A stretch of 64,000 nt of DNA from Catajapyx aquilonaris. Taxonomy: Eukaryota. Shown here piece by piece: positions 35,901 through 50,612 of this stretch; the first letter of the stretch is position 1, and each line of letters starts with the position of its first letter. The translations under genes were made by a program, and so were the position numbers. Where the stretch lies: NCBI GenBank assembly GCA_000934665.2, contig JYFJ02001724.1, forward strand, positions 1-64,000, written 5' to 3'. The notes below the pieces were generated by a model. That model did no database searches, was not told where the DNA came from, and saw only the letters and a program-made list of their open reading frames with translations.

Positions 35901-38900
35901 TTAAGACTGACAACATTTCTCTAATTAAGCTACCTAATTTCATTGGTTGCACCACCACTGCAGTTACGCCAGCCCTCCAGGAAAATACAGTATTACTCCC
36001 CATAAGGAATTTTACTTACTGTCAAACTGACCGATGCATCCCCATAAAAATATATCCCAAAATTCCTTTCGAGCAGATTTGCTTCCAGTCCGCCTCTCAG
36101 ACCGAAATCGAATTTCCTAGCTGGCTCTGATCGCCTTCAGACCTGAAACTGATGTGACGTTATTGGATGGATCGATCAGAACGAATGGACTACCAGTTTT
36201 GATGACCATAAACTTCACCTTGGCGGTGGGCATAGCTCCGGATCAAAGCTGATTTCATCCGACGCTGATTCCTAACTACTAAGCTCATTAGGGTTGCTAA
36301 TCTTATTAAAATCGTGGCCTTTAATGATAATCACATCAGTCGGTCGGAACCCTCCTCAATTTTTTGCTGATTTAGACACACCTCCATTCGTCCGCATGCC
36401 TAAATCGCTGACCACATTTCGCAACGCAAATTGGCCAACAAGGAGCCACACGTCTGCCATCACCGACTAATATAACGGCAGGGCTACTTAGGATTTTGGC
36501 CGTCACGAGCAGCCATTATATGAGGAGGCTTCACCTAAAACCATTCATAAATCACCCACCCCCTCTTGATGGAGACCCCCCAAGTCAACAGGGGACACAT
36601 CCACATGGCGACCCTTTTGGGACATCCTACTCCTCCTCCACCACCTCCCTGCCTCCATCTCCCCACACTTTCTCTCCTCCCCTTCCCTCCCTCCCTATTG
36701 ATTTCAAGCCACGCCCTGCACAGACAACACATGGCCCTTCCCAACACCCTATCTATTCCAGACTACTGTATTGGGAATGAAATAGCCTCAATCAATCAGG
36801 TCAAGGGCTGACGTGCACATCCATTCAAGTGCACCTTTGGCGCAGCATGTCACCTGGAACCAACCAACGACCAATTCCGGTCCGCTTGTAGCATGTTACG
36901 CAAAGAGAAACAATCATTCTGCTGCTTGGATGCCAGATTCCATCAGGGGTACACACGCAGCATGTGGAATGTCACTCAGGGTTGATACAAAAATGCTATT
37001 GATTTATCGACTGGACGTCAAAAACAAACGAGTTCACGAAATGACACATGCCCGTACTGCGTCCAGTTTATAAATGTCTTAAGTTCAAGTAACTTGGGCC
37101 CCAAAAGGACTGCTCTAATTACATCTTCTAATCTCTTCTGTAAGAAAAATTGGACACTCGCACGAAAAAGACTATCGACCTACGACAGTTATTCCAATGC
37201 TAACAAATTATGCATGCTGTAATTTTTACAAACTATCCTCTATGTAACAGAATGTGCCCTTTTTCTATATAGACCGACAACCACATGTAACATGGAGGAA
37301 TATTCTGCAACATCCTATTCAGATTAAAATAGCACATAAATTACACACTCGCAAAAATACCCCTTTTCAAAGTTCATTAACTTCCGAGTCTCGCAACACC
37401 TTCAACATCTCTCAGAAACGTTTAAAAAATTCACATGAGAATATTCCAAATTACATTCCGCACAAACGATGGGTGTTGCGCATTCCCGCATTCGGGTAAA
37501 CCCACGGCCACTCCGGAAATAGGCCTCTTCCTCCCAAGAACGTTATTGTGTATCGACAGGAATAAATCCGCTCCCATGCACGCAACATGCGGCAAATCCC
37601 GAGAAAACAATCGAATGCAAATAAAATTCTCCCACGGCTCGAAAGCATGCCGTCACCACATCAATAGCTGGGAAATTCCACCAAGGAAATACCCCGGTCA
37701 AAATTTCAGGAAAACTACCTGCAAGAAGTATGACTTCCACGAAGCCCCTCTTCAAGTCAATATCGTGCTCCCGATTAGCACATGATATGAGGTGACTGGA
37801 AACTCCGGAGATGGTCAAGAATAAAATCAATGGGTAAGGTTACCTGGGGAGGATCGACGTGCCCGGAGTGAGCCGTGCGTGATTCTAGCCGTTCTGGGAG
37901 AAAAAGATGAAAAAGCAATCTCCGGATGGCGATATCGACACAATCGCCCTGGAGCTGCGACACTTTTTTTAAAAAACCAACGACTCGTCTCATAGAAACA
38001 ATCTGTATCAGCTGCAGCGCCGCATGCGGACAAGTCGAGCTGAAGTCAAACCAACAAAGGCCGCCAACTGCTGCCTATAATTCGATCCTTGAATCGACTT
38101 TTCCACTCATGAAAAATTTACCTTCCCAACCCCCCTCCTACTTCCTCCGCCCCCCCAGCCTCGGGACATATTCTGACAACACGACGTCTGGAAGGTCACC
38201 CTTCCGGATGTCGCAGTTCGAACTCGGGCTGACTGATCAGCATGCAGGCAGATTTATTTTAGCGCGCGACGAATCCTGCTTGCCACATGCAGGATGCATC
38301 AGACAATGCGTCTATCGCCAGTAAATAACAGTCGGAAAGGGCTAAGCTTGATCTGCACGTGCCTGCAGCGTGCATTCCTGATCGAAAGCATTTTCTAGTT
38401 GCGTCCATATGCACGTGGATCGTGTAGATATCGAGGAACGGACTTGCACACCTCCCAGCACATGTCGGTTGATCTCCGCAGCGTCTGTCGATTATTCGCA
38501 GCAGACTGTCACTTACCATGCAACAGTTCAGATATCATTGCAGGCACTCATGTCAGATTCGCGTGTAGTGACACTCGCAGGTATACAAAAGAACGAGTGT
38601 AAGTAAAAACATTTGGCGTGCAGTACATTCGTGCGTGAAATCACGCAAGTACACCGCAGTTAATTCTAAATCAAATATGAACTGGCCCGCTACTTCCAAT
38701 GTATTCCTTGATTAATCGCGCCTAAAAGAAATATTGCGGGCCCATGCTCTGCCACTTCATTCTGGACCTGGCTACTATACTACCCGATTCCCAAAACGCA
38801 CAACACAACTTGAAGTACTGGCATGGCCTGTAATTGAATCCCACCTACGAACATTTCGAGTGTGATTTATCTTGCTCGGTCGGTGTAATTTTCGGGATCA

Positions 38901-41900
38901 CGCGACGATGCCCACCAACACCCCTGCGCTGCATTCCCCCGTCCAAAAATACCCAGGATGAAAGATGGAAGCAAGGTCCAATAGAGATCACCAGCATTTC
39001 GCCCGCTAATTTCACGCCTTATTGAACTCCCTCCCTCCCTCCTCCACTTCCTTCCTCCTCCTAACTTTTAACCAAACTTGCATGCGTACTTCTTCATGTC
39101 GACACCACTGCACATGCCTCCGGTACTGGGTGCACGATATATTTCGCCACAAGAAGTTGCAGCGGAATTCCGGGCCACATATCGGGCAAGTCCTCCACCC
39201 AACTCCCCCTCCCTCCCTTTCCTAACTGAAAGCAGCCTACATGATTGATGGTGGACTTGCGCCTCTTATTAGCCCGACCAGCATTAATAACAGACAAGAC
39301 CCGTATGTATCCGGGATATCATGTCCAAAGCAACCTATCAGGAGCCCTTATTCCGGCCTTCGTTTCCACACACAATTTCGGTCAGTACGAAATATTTCTC
39401 CATTAATTCACATCGGTGACGGTATGGGAACCATATTTCTTCACCCCCATCCATGAATTTTGGCGCCGACTTGTTTATAGGTCGAGGTTAAAAAAGTTGC
39501 ACCGTAAGGACGTTTATCTAGCGTAATCCCTGTCTGGAATGATTACTCTGCCCGGTAACTTATTATATAAACAGTTATTAGGATTTCATCTACTAAGCGC
39601 AGTTCACCTTATAGTGCAGCTGAATAAATACAGACATATGAGTCTGGTGCCAATTAAAACAGACTTGAAAATAGACTACATCTTTGCAAAACTAATGTAG
39701 TGTGCTACAAGTACATTCAAGGGCACGCGTCTCTCAAAGACATTATTATAACTACTGTATCCAGACATTGAGGAGGAAGGGTTTTCTTTTCCTAACACGG
39801 GCACTCTGCACTGTTCAAGGTGATCCTGCGTATTACTGGGCTGAGGAAGTAAAATTTTACGGTAGGCTGGTACAAATGGCTTATATAATTCCTTAACGTG
39901 CAGTTACTATGTCATATTTATGGACCACTTAGGAGGTAAAAGTGAAATAAAAATCCGTCTCACCTGGGTCTTGAAACTTGATTTCTAGGCATTTTTGCTT
40001 TGAAAACTCAGATTATTTTGGAACTGCCACGTTCGTGCCATCATTTTTATGGCCAACGCATTTTATCGAGAAGCGTATAGCCAAAATTTGTTCCACCTCA
40101 AAAAAAAAAAATTAGTTAGTAAAGCCGCACAAAGCCGAATGGATCCATACAAAGGAGCTTGCGAGCCACAAGAATATTTCAGACAATGAAATGGTTTATT
40201 TTTGTGCCTCGAAATAATGAAATTTCTTCCACCAGCAAATACTTTTAGGGACTTTTCAAGGTCTATATTTCCAAAGTTTACAAGGACTTTTTAGGACTCG
40301 ACGTAACTTCTAAGAAACACATGAAAAGAAGCATTAAATTTGGATGTTCCAAAAATAACTATACTTATTACTGCCAGCATCACACATGAGGATATCACAT
40401 TTCGTTCTACGCAATAGCAATGTGGCAAAAATAAGTTCAGTTACAGTTATGACAGAGCACTACGTAGGTGTCTGCAGATTACCCCACACCATGTAATACT
40501 AATGAATCAGTGTTTTAACTATCCCTGTCCAAATATGTGCATTATTCGACGGTATCTGTTTACCCAACCAGAATCAACCCCTTTCACAAAAGGCAAGCCT
40601 GACTAATGCTAATTAAATATTCTACAGCCGGGAGAAGTGTCAAGTGTTCAAGCCATAACCGATTCCGTTACGGCTCACTGGCATTCCCTTGAAACTCCGA
40701 CGTTGGCGAAAAACGTGGCGAGAATTCCTTGCACACATACACACGTCAGAGAGAGAGAGAGAGAGAGAAAAAAAGGCGGCGACGCCTTGGATAGGTCTGG
40801 AACCTTGATTATGGTAAGTGGTTTCCCCGAAGCGCCAGAACGACACTCGGCCACTTTCGATCCATCATAAACATCCATCTCATCGTAAGAAGATTGCACT
40901 GAATCATATAGTTGCTTATGTCACGACAGTATAGGGGTGACTTCTTAACCCTACCCCCGACCCCCATGAAAATTGAAAGCGGAGGCTCGTAAATGCAGAT
41001 CAATCACGGATGAAGAAAATGACGGCGCATACGGATATATACACCGGCTGGGGGGGCTTTGGAAGAGAGGGAAGATATTCTTCCTCCGGAGTTTCTTTTC
41101 CGCCATCAGGCTCCAACTTACTTTGGAAGCGGGAGCGGCGCCCATTATCTTATCAGGGAATATTGGGAGTCAAATCATGCGTAAGTGAACTTTGGTGAAA
41201 AGTTCCCCCTCTCTCCCCGCTGGAAACTCCCCGGTAACTCCCATTTTGCTTCTGTCCATTCCGGACTTCCGCCTCCGGTCCCCTTTACACGTCACTTCCT
41301 CTTATCTCCACCAAAAATTCCCCCCCNCCCCCCTCCCCCCGGATTCGATTTCGTGCTATACAGTCTCGCTCAATCTCGCCTAAGACCTAGTTCCAATGTG
41401 TGCTGCGCAATGTCGTCTAGGCAGGTCATCTCACTTGGGTCACCGCTTATTTTACGTCTCCCCTTGGAGTGACTTACAGCCCTGTCAATCATGGGACCTC
41501 ATCTAAATGCATCCTCTATAATTATTAAGATAGTGCGAGGACAGTTTGCCAACTATTCCGAGAATCCTATGCAAGTGGGATGATTTACGACATGTATGTG
41601 GCGCTGAACCACCTATACACTCGTAAATCACTTCACTTCGACATAAAATTCTCATAAAAAGAGCTGGAATAACGCCACCCGCCCGCTGATACTGGAAAGG
41701 TCGGCGTCCCCAGCACATACCGCGCCCTATATATTTCCGACATATACTGAATCCCGCCACAACAATCGTCTCCCTGGAACAATCCCAAGATGGCGTTTGC
41801 AGGCAGGCAAAGGTCAGAAAAAGGCCCAGCCCCGAATTGATCCACAAGGCAATCTAACGGAGTAGAATAAGCTCCCTGCTTGGATTCGCACCTTCCAGTT

Positions 41901-44900
41901 GGACGCGCCCCGAAATGTTTCGAAGTGTCCCAGTATCCCAGCTCTGCCTCTGCCGATCGAAGACTCCTCCTTTCCTGCTGAGCTCCTATGAAACATTTAC
42001 CCTCAGTCTCTCCAGGCAACTTCCTTCTATATATGATGGCGGAGGGAGAAGGAGTATATAGGAGGAGGGTGGAGGCCTTCTGCGCCCATTCCAAGCAAGG
42101 CCCCCCTGATGAAAACAACCCCTTCGATATCATTTCCGCGCAGTTCTGTTCTAGGAACAAACTATTGCTCGAGAGTCAAACTGCACTGTAAACATGCTAG
42201 CCAACATACAAACAGTTACAATATCGATTCTGGAAATGTTGCGCCTTCGGGAAATTCAACTGGCCGCGTTCAACTAGGGACCGACTCAAAATTTCCCCCG
42301 TTAATAAACCACAAGTCTGAGATAATATCAATCAGATTGGCAAAAAAATCTCGGGCACATGCCCACTGACTGTCGCTATATCAGATAACTACATGCGCTC
42401 TTGGTTGGGTTTTCACGAGGTTTTCACTCCATACGGTGGTAGATATGGCAAGTGTTGGCCGCCATTGCGTTGATGGTTTGAGCAAAAAAGGCACATCTTA
42501 TCCAGCAGGCCCAATGCCAACAAACATCCAAAGAAGCACGAAGGCTTTACTAAAGAAAATGCCGATATGAAGAGCAGCAGGAATAATATTTTTGTCCATA
42601 TGCACGTGTTGGCTTTTATAATGGATGCTGACAATGGACAACTTGGACGCTGCACTTTAATATATTACAAACGTAAATGAAATACACGCGATTCACCATT
42701 ATGGGTAGATGAAATATTACTTCCGCCCTGCCGAGTCCGACACACAACACAAAAATGTGCAAAACAAACACGTCCTCCAACCCACCTGGACGATATACCG
42801 GAGGTAATCTTGCTCAATAAATCCAGCAAGGCAGCCCAGATAAAACCCTCGTTTTATCTCGACGCAAAAACACGACGCGTTCGACGCACGCACGCACCTG
42901 CAATCTTATCGCGCTTTAAGCAAAACTGCTCTTGACGCAACGCATTTGCACTTCTAACCGGACTCATTAGTCACGGAGCAACAAAAAAAAAAGAGTCAAC
43001 GAACAAGAGGAACCTTCGATGTGCAGCTTCCGTTACCACACGCATGGCAGTGTCCGAAAGTGGGGCTGCTGGCCAGTGCTTAGTGTGCGGGTCACGCGCG
43101 ATAAAACGCTGGAAAAAAGTCTTCTCCCTCGGGGCCAGTCCTGAGACAAGAGAAGTATCATAGGAGTTAACTCGTAGCGCCTTTTTTTCCATTGCCTTGA
43201 ATTTGCATGCCGTTGGCCTTATAGGGCGCGTTTGTGGCTCGGCCCGCTGGCTGGCTGCTTGCCCCGTCAGAGCACCGGTTCCTCACTCGGATTGTCTTCA
43301 AGGTTCAGGCCCTCACCCCCCACACACCCTCTTCCTCCAAATATGTATATACGCACAACTCTCTGTTTTTGTTTTCCAGGCACAAACACAAAGGGCAATG
43401 CTATATGACTCGGGGGGTTGTTTACGGTCAGCAGCTGCTCTTCAACATGCATGATCCTAGACACGGTTCATCGCATCTAATTATAATGTATAGCTTGGTT
43501 GGAGGGTTTCGTAATAGTCAACAATACTGTAAAAACCCAGCTGATTACAAATAACACTAATATTCTTCGGGTCAGCAAATTAATATCAATTCATAGGCTC
43601 GAAGACTTATCACCCTATCCGCCATTATGAAACTGAAAAGTAATAACTGCTCTGCTACATCAATGATCATATTGATCACTTTAGTTTCGCGTGTGACATG
43701 AATCCTGTAATGACGTCGAGCCAACGGGTTATACACAGGCTTCCCGAAAGCTCCCTTTTCATCTTCGAACCAAGGGGTCATTCCACTCTGATGGGTACCA
43801 CCAATGACTTCAACTTGGGAGGCTAAATTCGACACGGTCCGCTTATTGGTCCGATATTAAAATCGGGAGGGGGTCACCCTACATCAGTCGACCCCCCCAC
43901 CCCCTTTGCATGCTTCCTGCCATTTGCCGGGATTCCTATTTTTGTCCGGCAAATTCATTGGACCCGCAGGCTCCCCCAAATCTCCTGTTCACAGGCTTTG
44001 TAGCCACGCGTGTAATTGCCCCGTGCAAGATAGGCTGGGGCTCAATCTGCACTTGGCACATTAATGCCTGCCCCCACCGACCCTGCAGGTTAACGCTGCA
44101 TTTCCTCGCCCAATTATTTCCCGCTTGCCGCGCAGATAAAAGATATATGCACACGTTTGTCTCCATCTGCAACGGGGGTGGGGGTGGGGGGTGGACAGGA
44201 CATATGCACACACAAAAAAGAGTTCATGGATTTCATACACGGATGCTCTCATCCCGTGCTTTGGTCACAATTCCCGGGTGGTTGCCGCTTCAAAGTCCTA
44301 AGCGCTCCCGGATTTATTTTGGCATTCCGATACACAATCGGATTTTTTTTCCCCCCTGTACGGCGCCGGTGGCACATTCATGTTTTACTCAAGGGAGGGA
44401 AAAACGGGGGTGACAACCACTGATCCGCACAACACACTAAACCCCTTTTACTGCGCGTATATAACATTCTTTATTTACTTTTTTTTTGTGATTATGCACT
44501 CCCGAAATTGCAGTCCAACTGATTTCGATGCCGTAAAAATCTTACCATCCGCACGCTACATGCAAGTCTCGTAATTGGAAATTCCAATGATCCGTCCCCA
44601 GTCCCGCCTTGAGACCCTTCGCAATGCGACGAGCAGCTAAAGGGCCAGCAGGACCCCCACTCAGCACTCTTTCCCAAAAAAACGGAGAATTCCTCTCAGG
44701 TACCGATCCCAGGACGCCAGAGGTGGGGCGGCCGGAGATTAACCTCCCCCCCCAAACCTGTGCGACCCCACAGGCTGCTGGACCGAATTTTAAGCTGCTT
44801 ACAGACCCACAAAGCTGTTCGGAAATAACTGGCTTTGCAGACACGGTCACTGTGCGCGACACTAGAAGCCACTTGACAGAAATTACGCGCATTCGAGTCT

Positions 44901-47900
44901 GCCTCATCTCTCTTCCACCTTGGGTCCTTTGGCTTTTCTTATCTCCCAAGTTTTGAGACTCAACCAAGGGGGGGAAGGGAGGCGGAAGACCTGAAGAAAA
45001 AAGGTCACGTACAAGACCGAATTTGATCCGAGGCGCGTGTTGCAGCCTCCAAGACACTTCGATTAAAGAGAACCGAAGGGCGGGAGAATTACCAGGCAGA
45101 AGGAAATGGGGAACAAAATGAGGAAAAAGGAAGATAAACGCTCACCCCGAGATGATAGCGCGGGAATAAGGGAGAGAAAGACTTGGCAGCGCAGCAAGAG
45201 ATGCTGGATTTTTGCTTCCTCTCAGAACGGAACTCAGGATTTGATCCTCGTCCAGATTAACAAAAAAAGAAAAAAAAAGGTACAAAAAAAAGCCCGCACT
45301 GTAGGGGTATTGAGCCCCCGACAGCACCCGGCGAATTAGCTGGAGAGATACTCCTTACCAATTGGGCCAGGCCGGCTAATTGGGAGAAAGAGCCATCGAT
45401 TTTGTTACGTTGTATCGACCTGGAAAAACCCCACTCCACTCAAGAGCTGATCAAAACGAGATCGCGGGATTACCATGCTCTTATGGGATCAATTCGGTGT
45501 AACTTTCCAGAGCTAATTAAAATATTAAAATATCGGCCCCAAAAGTTCGGCGCCGGAATATCCTCTCTTGCCAGACACTCAAAAAGCCCTTTCGCTCATC
45601 ACGAGCATTCAGAGTAAAAAAATTCAGCTATCCATGCGAAGAATGAAACAACGTAATTATGATGGTGAGCCCTTGTTGCTGATCACCGAAAGCGACTATA
45701 TGAAAGTTAAAAATATCTTCGCTGCCATTATTATTTTTTTATGTGACACTCTCCCCCTATCAAAAGTGTTTAAAGCATTCTTTGCGTTCCTCAAGCACTC
45801 AACAGCAGCCAATTACACAACGTTACATAACATTGCATTCACGAATTAAACAATGCAATAGAAGAGGCAGGAATTGCTGGAATTTCCGAGTATACCAGAA
45901 GAGCATCAGCAATCATCCCTCGCAAAATAAACCCAGCCTGATAAATAATTATGAATGCAGAGATGATGTAGAGCATATATGATACCCATGCAGCTCCACT
46001 CGTGCAATGATCCGCCAAGCCATAACAAATGGACAAGGGGGAGAAAAGACAATGAAAGGAGGAAACATATACACACGCGTGGGGGAGGGTGATAGACAAT
46101 CAATCAATGCGCAACGTGGCAGGGCGATAATGAGTCGCTGCAACAATAGGCACGTAGCTGCATGGAAACGATAATGAGTAAAAACCGCGATCGGAAATCG
46201 AAGCCCCTGCTTGTTAATTGGCCAATGGCTCTCGTAATGGCCGCCATGATCGTCCTCTCTGAAATCGCCTGAATGTTAGGTCGCCGGCAGCAGCAGCATG
46301 CAGCACGTGCATATTGGGCCAGGGGATTCCACGCACGTCCGGACCCATTCCCATCGGGGCCCGATATCACCCATTCCATCCTTCATGTAGCCTGTCATTC
46401 AATCGGGTCCCAAAACCAGCTCATTTGCTAAATCGCCACACATTTGCCCCGCTGTGTCGGCGCGTCCTTCCGCACATTCATGCTGGAATATTTAAAACCA
46501 TTTTCCGGCAGCCCTCGCCCTTCCAGCCTGCAAGTGAGCCAAGTCATCATTTATAAGGTGTTGAAACCTGCCAAAGGTCCGTCAGGCCCCAACATTTGGG
46601 AATTGACAGGTGCCATGCATCATGCACTTCAGCCGCACGCGTAACACCATCGTTAGTCATTATGATCAAATTGTTGAGTCATGGGTCAGGCATAACCTAA
46701 GTCACGCTGATTATCGCCTCTTTTGACCTCTCCCGTACCTCAGTGTCACGCACACTCACGTTGGAACCTCCGCCAATGGGAAGTTTATTTACCGACACTT
46801 ACTGGTCAACACCGCTATTTTCTTTCCTGAAACCTCATATTACGCTTATGGCACTCGAAATGTTCAGTGCAACACAGCAGCAGGCTGGGCAATACCGGTC
46901 TAGAGATTCAATCATGAACGAAAGTTACATATAAAAATAGCCTCCCTCAAATTCCATTGCCAGAAACTTCATGGGCGGGAAAGAACTAAAATTTGATTAC
47001 AAGTCAATCGAGTCTGGCGAAGATGGTCTCCAGAACCAATGACCCCAGAATAAGTCTTGGGAGGAGAAGAAAAGGGGGGCATGGCAAAAAAACTAGGATA
47101 CGGACTAGGAAAACAGTTGAACGGGTTGTTGGGACGCAGGTCACGATGAAACTGGCGCCATTCGGATGGATCTACCTCCACCCTTGCCTTCTACACCCTA
47201 CTCCAGGCACAAGAAAACACTCCTGCTCATTTCACGTATGCAGACTATGTTCGCCAAATGGCCTAAGTAAAGCACGTCTCTTGCTGCAGCCCAACCTCCT
47301 CCGTAGAAGAAAAAAAAAACAGGAAATAAGAAATATAAAATTGCGGTTGGAAGGGTGAGGCGTGTTCGAAGCATTAATACTGACGACTTGCTTCTGGGTT
47401 TTCTGCAAAACACGCAGTTTGAATGCAGGGAAGCGCAGTTGGGGGATTCCAATCGCTGGAAAATTTTGCTCCTTTTTCTTTCGTGTCTTACGTGGTTTGG
47501 AGGCAACCCAGCGTACAGGGTCGATTCTCTCCCTCCTTCACACCTCTCCCTTCTTCTCCTTAGGTTTGTAACCCCTTCGGAGCCTGCAGGCTGCTATTCC
47601 TGCCTTATCTGGACAACTTTCCAGTCTGTGTCAATAAACCCACCCAAGCATTCCACCCCGAGTTGTAAAAGGGCCTGGAACGACATTTTCATATTTTGAC
47701 TCAGGTCAGTCCGATATTCCAAGCATCTTACTTCCTATTATCCCAGCTTAATAAAACCATATAGACCCTAGAAAGACGATAAGCCTTAACCAAACACCTA
47801 TTTCAGAATCTACAACGCAAATATATCATCCTAGGGGCCAGCAGTGATGATTTACGAATCCCATGGAAGCAAATCCCATCTCTCTAGCTGGGTAGATGAG

Positions 47901-50248
47901 AGAGAAAGAGAGAATGGATAGAGCGAGAGAGAGAGAAAAAAAACCCCGTCTCAAACTCGTTTTTGCTTCACAAGGCGGCCTTATCTCCCCACCCGAACTG
48001 AATTCTTGCCCCCGAAATGATTTACTGCTCAACTTGCGTCTCTCGGGGAGATGTAAGGTCCTATAAACCTAACCGCACATAGAAGCACACGCACTAACTC
48101 TTGTCTTTCGTGTCGCCAATTGCGCAAAAAGGGCAGTTTTGAAAATTGCTCATTTTTCCTGTCAGATGTTACCAACTTCGGTTGAAAGCAAATCGAACGC
48201 GCCACGTCCAGATTTTCACGTGAATTGTGTCTATACACTGTGTACTGGAGGAGAAAGCATGTGGTCATCAATAAACTTTAATTTTCCAGAGTCTTGCATT
48301 CAGCCGATATCGAGAACTGAGTAGATAAAAATATGACTCGGACACCGCAAAAGGTGACCCTCTCCCACGAGGCGATAAGTAATAGTGCATAAAACGATGC
48401 TGAACTTTGGATATGAGGTGAATATAGTGACGAGTTCTGATTTCCACAGGCAACGGAAAGAAATAGGCTTTGATTTTCGCCCAGTAATATAGTCAAAATT
48501 CCCGTTGGCAATGACATGTGAAGACATCCCACAGCGAAAATGTATGCACAGGCTGAAAAAACACAGTTTTGGCATTGTTCAGTTTTAGGTTATCTCTTGA
48601 CTGTTCTGAGAGATACCGTTGCCTTCACAACCGGGTAACTTACATTGCCCCCCCTCCGCTCTATTTCCACTATTTTAACATTGTGATATTCTTTGCAAAT
48701 TCCACGGAATTACTTAGCCATAAAACAACTCAATAACCCAGAAGTCAGGGCAAGAGCACCGTAAATGCTTCTATACTAGCACATACTGTACATGATCTCA
48801 TATTTGCTACCTTCAAGTATATACGCCAAGATAGTGACTCACCGACTTTTATATATCCGGAATGAACAAACAATTTATTACGCGAGATATGCGCAATCCT
48901 CTCGCATTCATTGCCATTTTGCTACTTCGTATCATAAAGAATCATAATCATATCGTATCGTAATCATGAAGAAAGTGCGAACTTGTCACAAATAAAAGGA
49001 AGCATTCACCCAAAGATGCTATATTTGTTAGCACATTTCATGCCCGACTACGGTCCACGTAACTTAAATATCGAACTTCACCTGCGCCTTTAAATGTATT
49101 CATGAGAAGGCTTTATACAAATTGCAAGTGCCGGCACGAAACACGTATTGTGCTTCCCCAATTACCTTATAATGAGTGTATACATAACGTGTGAAGTCAC
49201 GGCACAAGTAGCTGTACTATAAAGCCCTATTCGCTTGTTATTATGAGGCAACTGCTTATTAACTTGTGCATTACTATAATATTAATTGATCGCATATAAC
49301 CTGTCCTACTCAACAGGTACCTATTAATCGACGGATGGTCTGCGGCTAATTTAAACCGTGCTCTAAATATTGACTTTATTAGCTGGTATAATAACATTTC
49401 TCGATATCTGTCATCATTGCGAGCTTATTACGTCGTAACACATTAGCACCTATGACCTATTACAACGCGCCACGTCCTCTTTCGCTATTTTTACCGGCGC
49501 AGCATCCCAGTCCATGCTAATGGCAGTACATCGGCCGTAATTTTAATACAAAAAGGGTACTAAAACGCGAGTTATAGCGAGCCCTGCACCGGGCAGCATT
49601 TCTCAAGAGACACAAGTCGTGGGCGTGACAAAAAATGGAGGTGGTCGTGAAGGGAAACAGGTTGGTGGGTTTGGCCCAAGGCTCCTGGAGTTAAGTCCAT
49701 TCCCGCTCCCGTTGGCAAAAACCAGGTTAGCGTGTCGATTTTTCTCAACGTGTAGGCGGATCCAACCTTTTTGGCAGATCGCCTCTTCACGCCAAACAGT
49801 ACGGCACACTGCAGACGTCTGATATAAACAATTTTTTCTCCTCCACTTATCATGCGTGCCCTATTTACACGCTGTGCCTGTTTGGTGTTTAAAAAATTCT
49901 GTGGTACCAAAAGCATAACGCGTAACATTTAATGTGATTTAATTTTCTATCTAAGCAGTTACTGCGTAATGTGCAGAAACAAGATTCGACTCCACATGAT
50001 ACTATCCAAGGATTTTGTCCTACCACTGCACTTTCTTAACTAAATTATGACAGATTGTCACGACAGTAATGCCGGCTTTTATTTTCATTTGTAAAAAGGC
50101 CGCCTTGACATGTAAGTTGCAAAGAATATGAAAATCTTGCCTTGCAAATATCAAATTACTGATTCTGTGCTCAAGGACTAATCTTCGGTAAACACGGCAG
50201 CATGTTGCTATTCTGAACCTCCTTATCAGCATCAGAGATAAGACCATA

Positions 50249-50612
50249 TATGGTGTTTGTTACTAGTCCAGCCAAACGGCCGTCAGCGTATTCCTTGCAA
50301 AGCCAAAAGAAGTCGAAAATGTACCGGGGAGAAATGTCGAGAGCGCAACCTTGACCAGAAACATTGGTCAATGGTTGCCGAAGGAGCAGGAAATGAGCGT
50401 GAAAATCGCGACTGTTGGGATTTGCAAGCTCACCTCTTTCAAAGAAGTGATTATCCGCTCATATCCTGCAACTTTGGCAACCACCGGCCAATGTTTCCCG
50501 TCATCTACTTCGTTAACGGTCCCTCGAACATTTCTCCCCCCTACATTTTCGTCTTGTTTTGGCCCAAGCAATACGCTGACGGCCGTTGGCTGGACTAGTT
50601 AGAAACACCCTG
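50249..50612. mobile_element. Tc1/mariner-like fold-back MITE
   Basis: TA-flanked; right end ...AAACACCCTG|TA (CAGGGTG type); long IR arms ACTAGTCCAGCCAAACGGCCGTCAGCGTATT / AATACGCTGACGGCCGTTGGCTGGACTAGT extending ~100 bp. Confidence 0.85.
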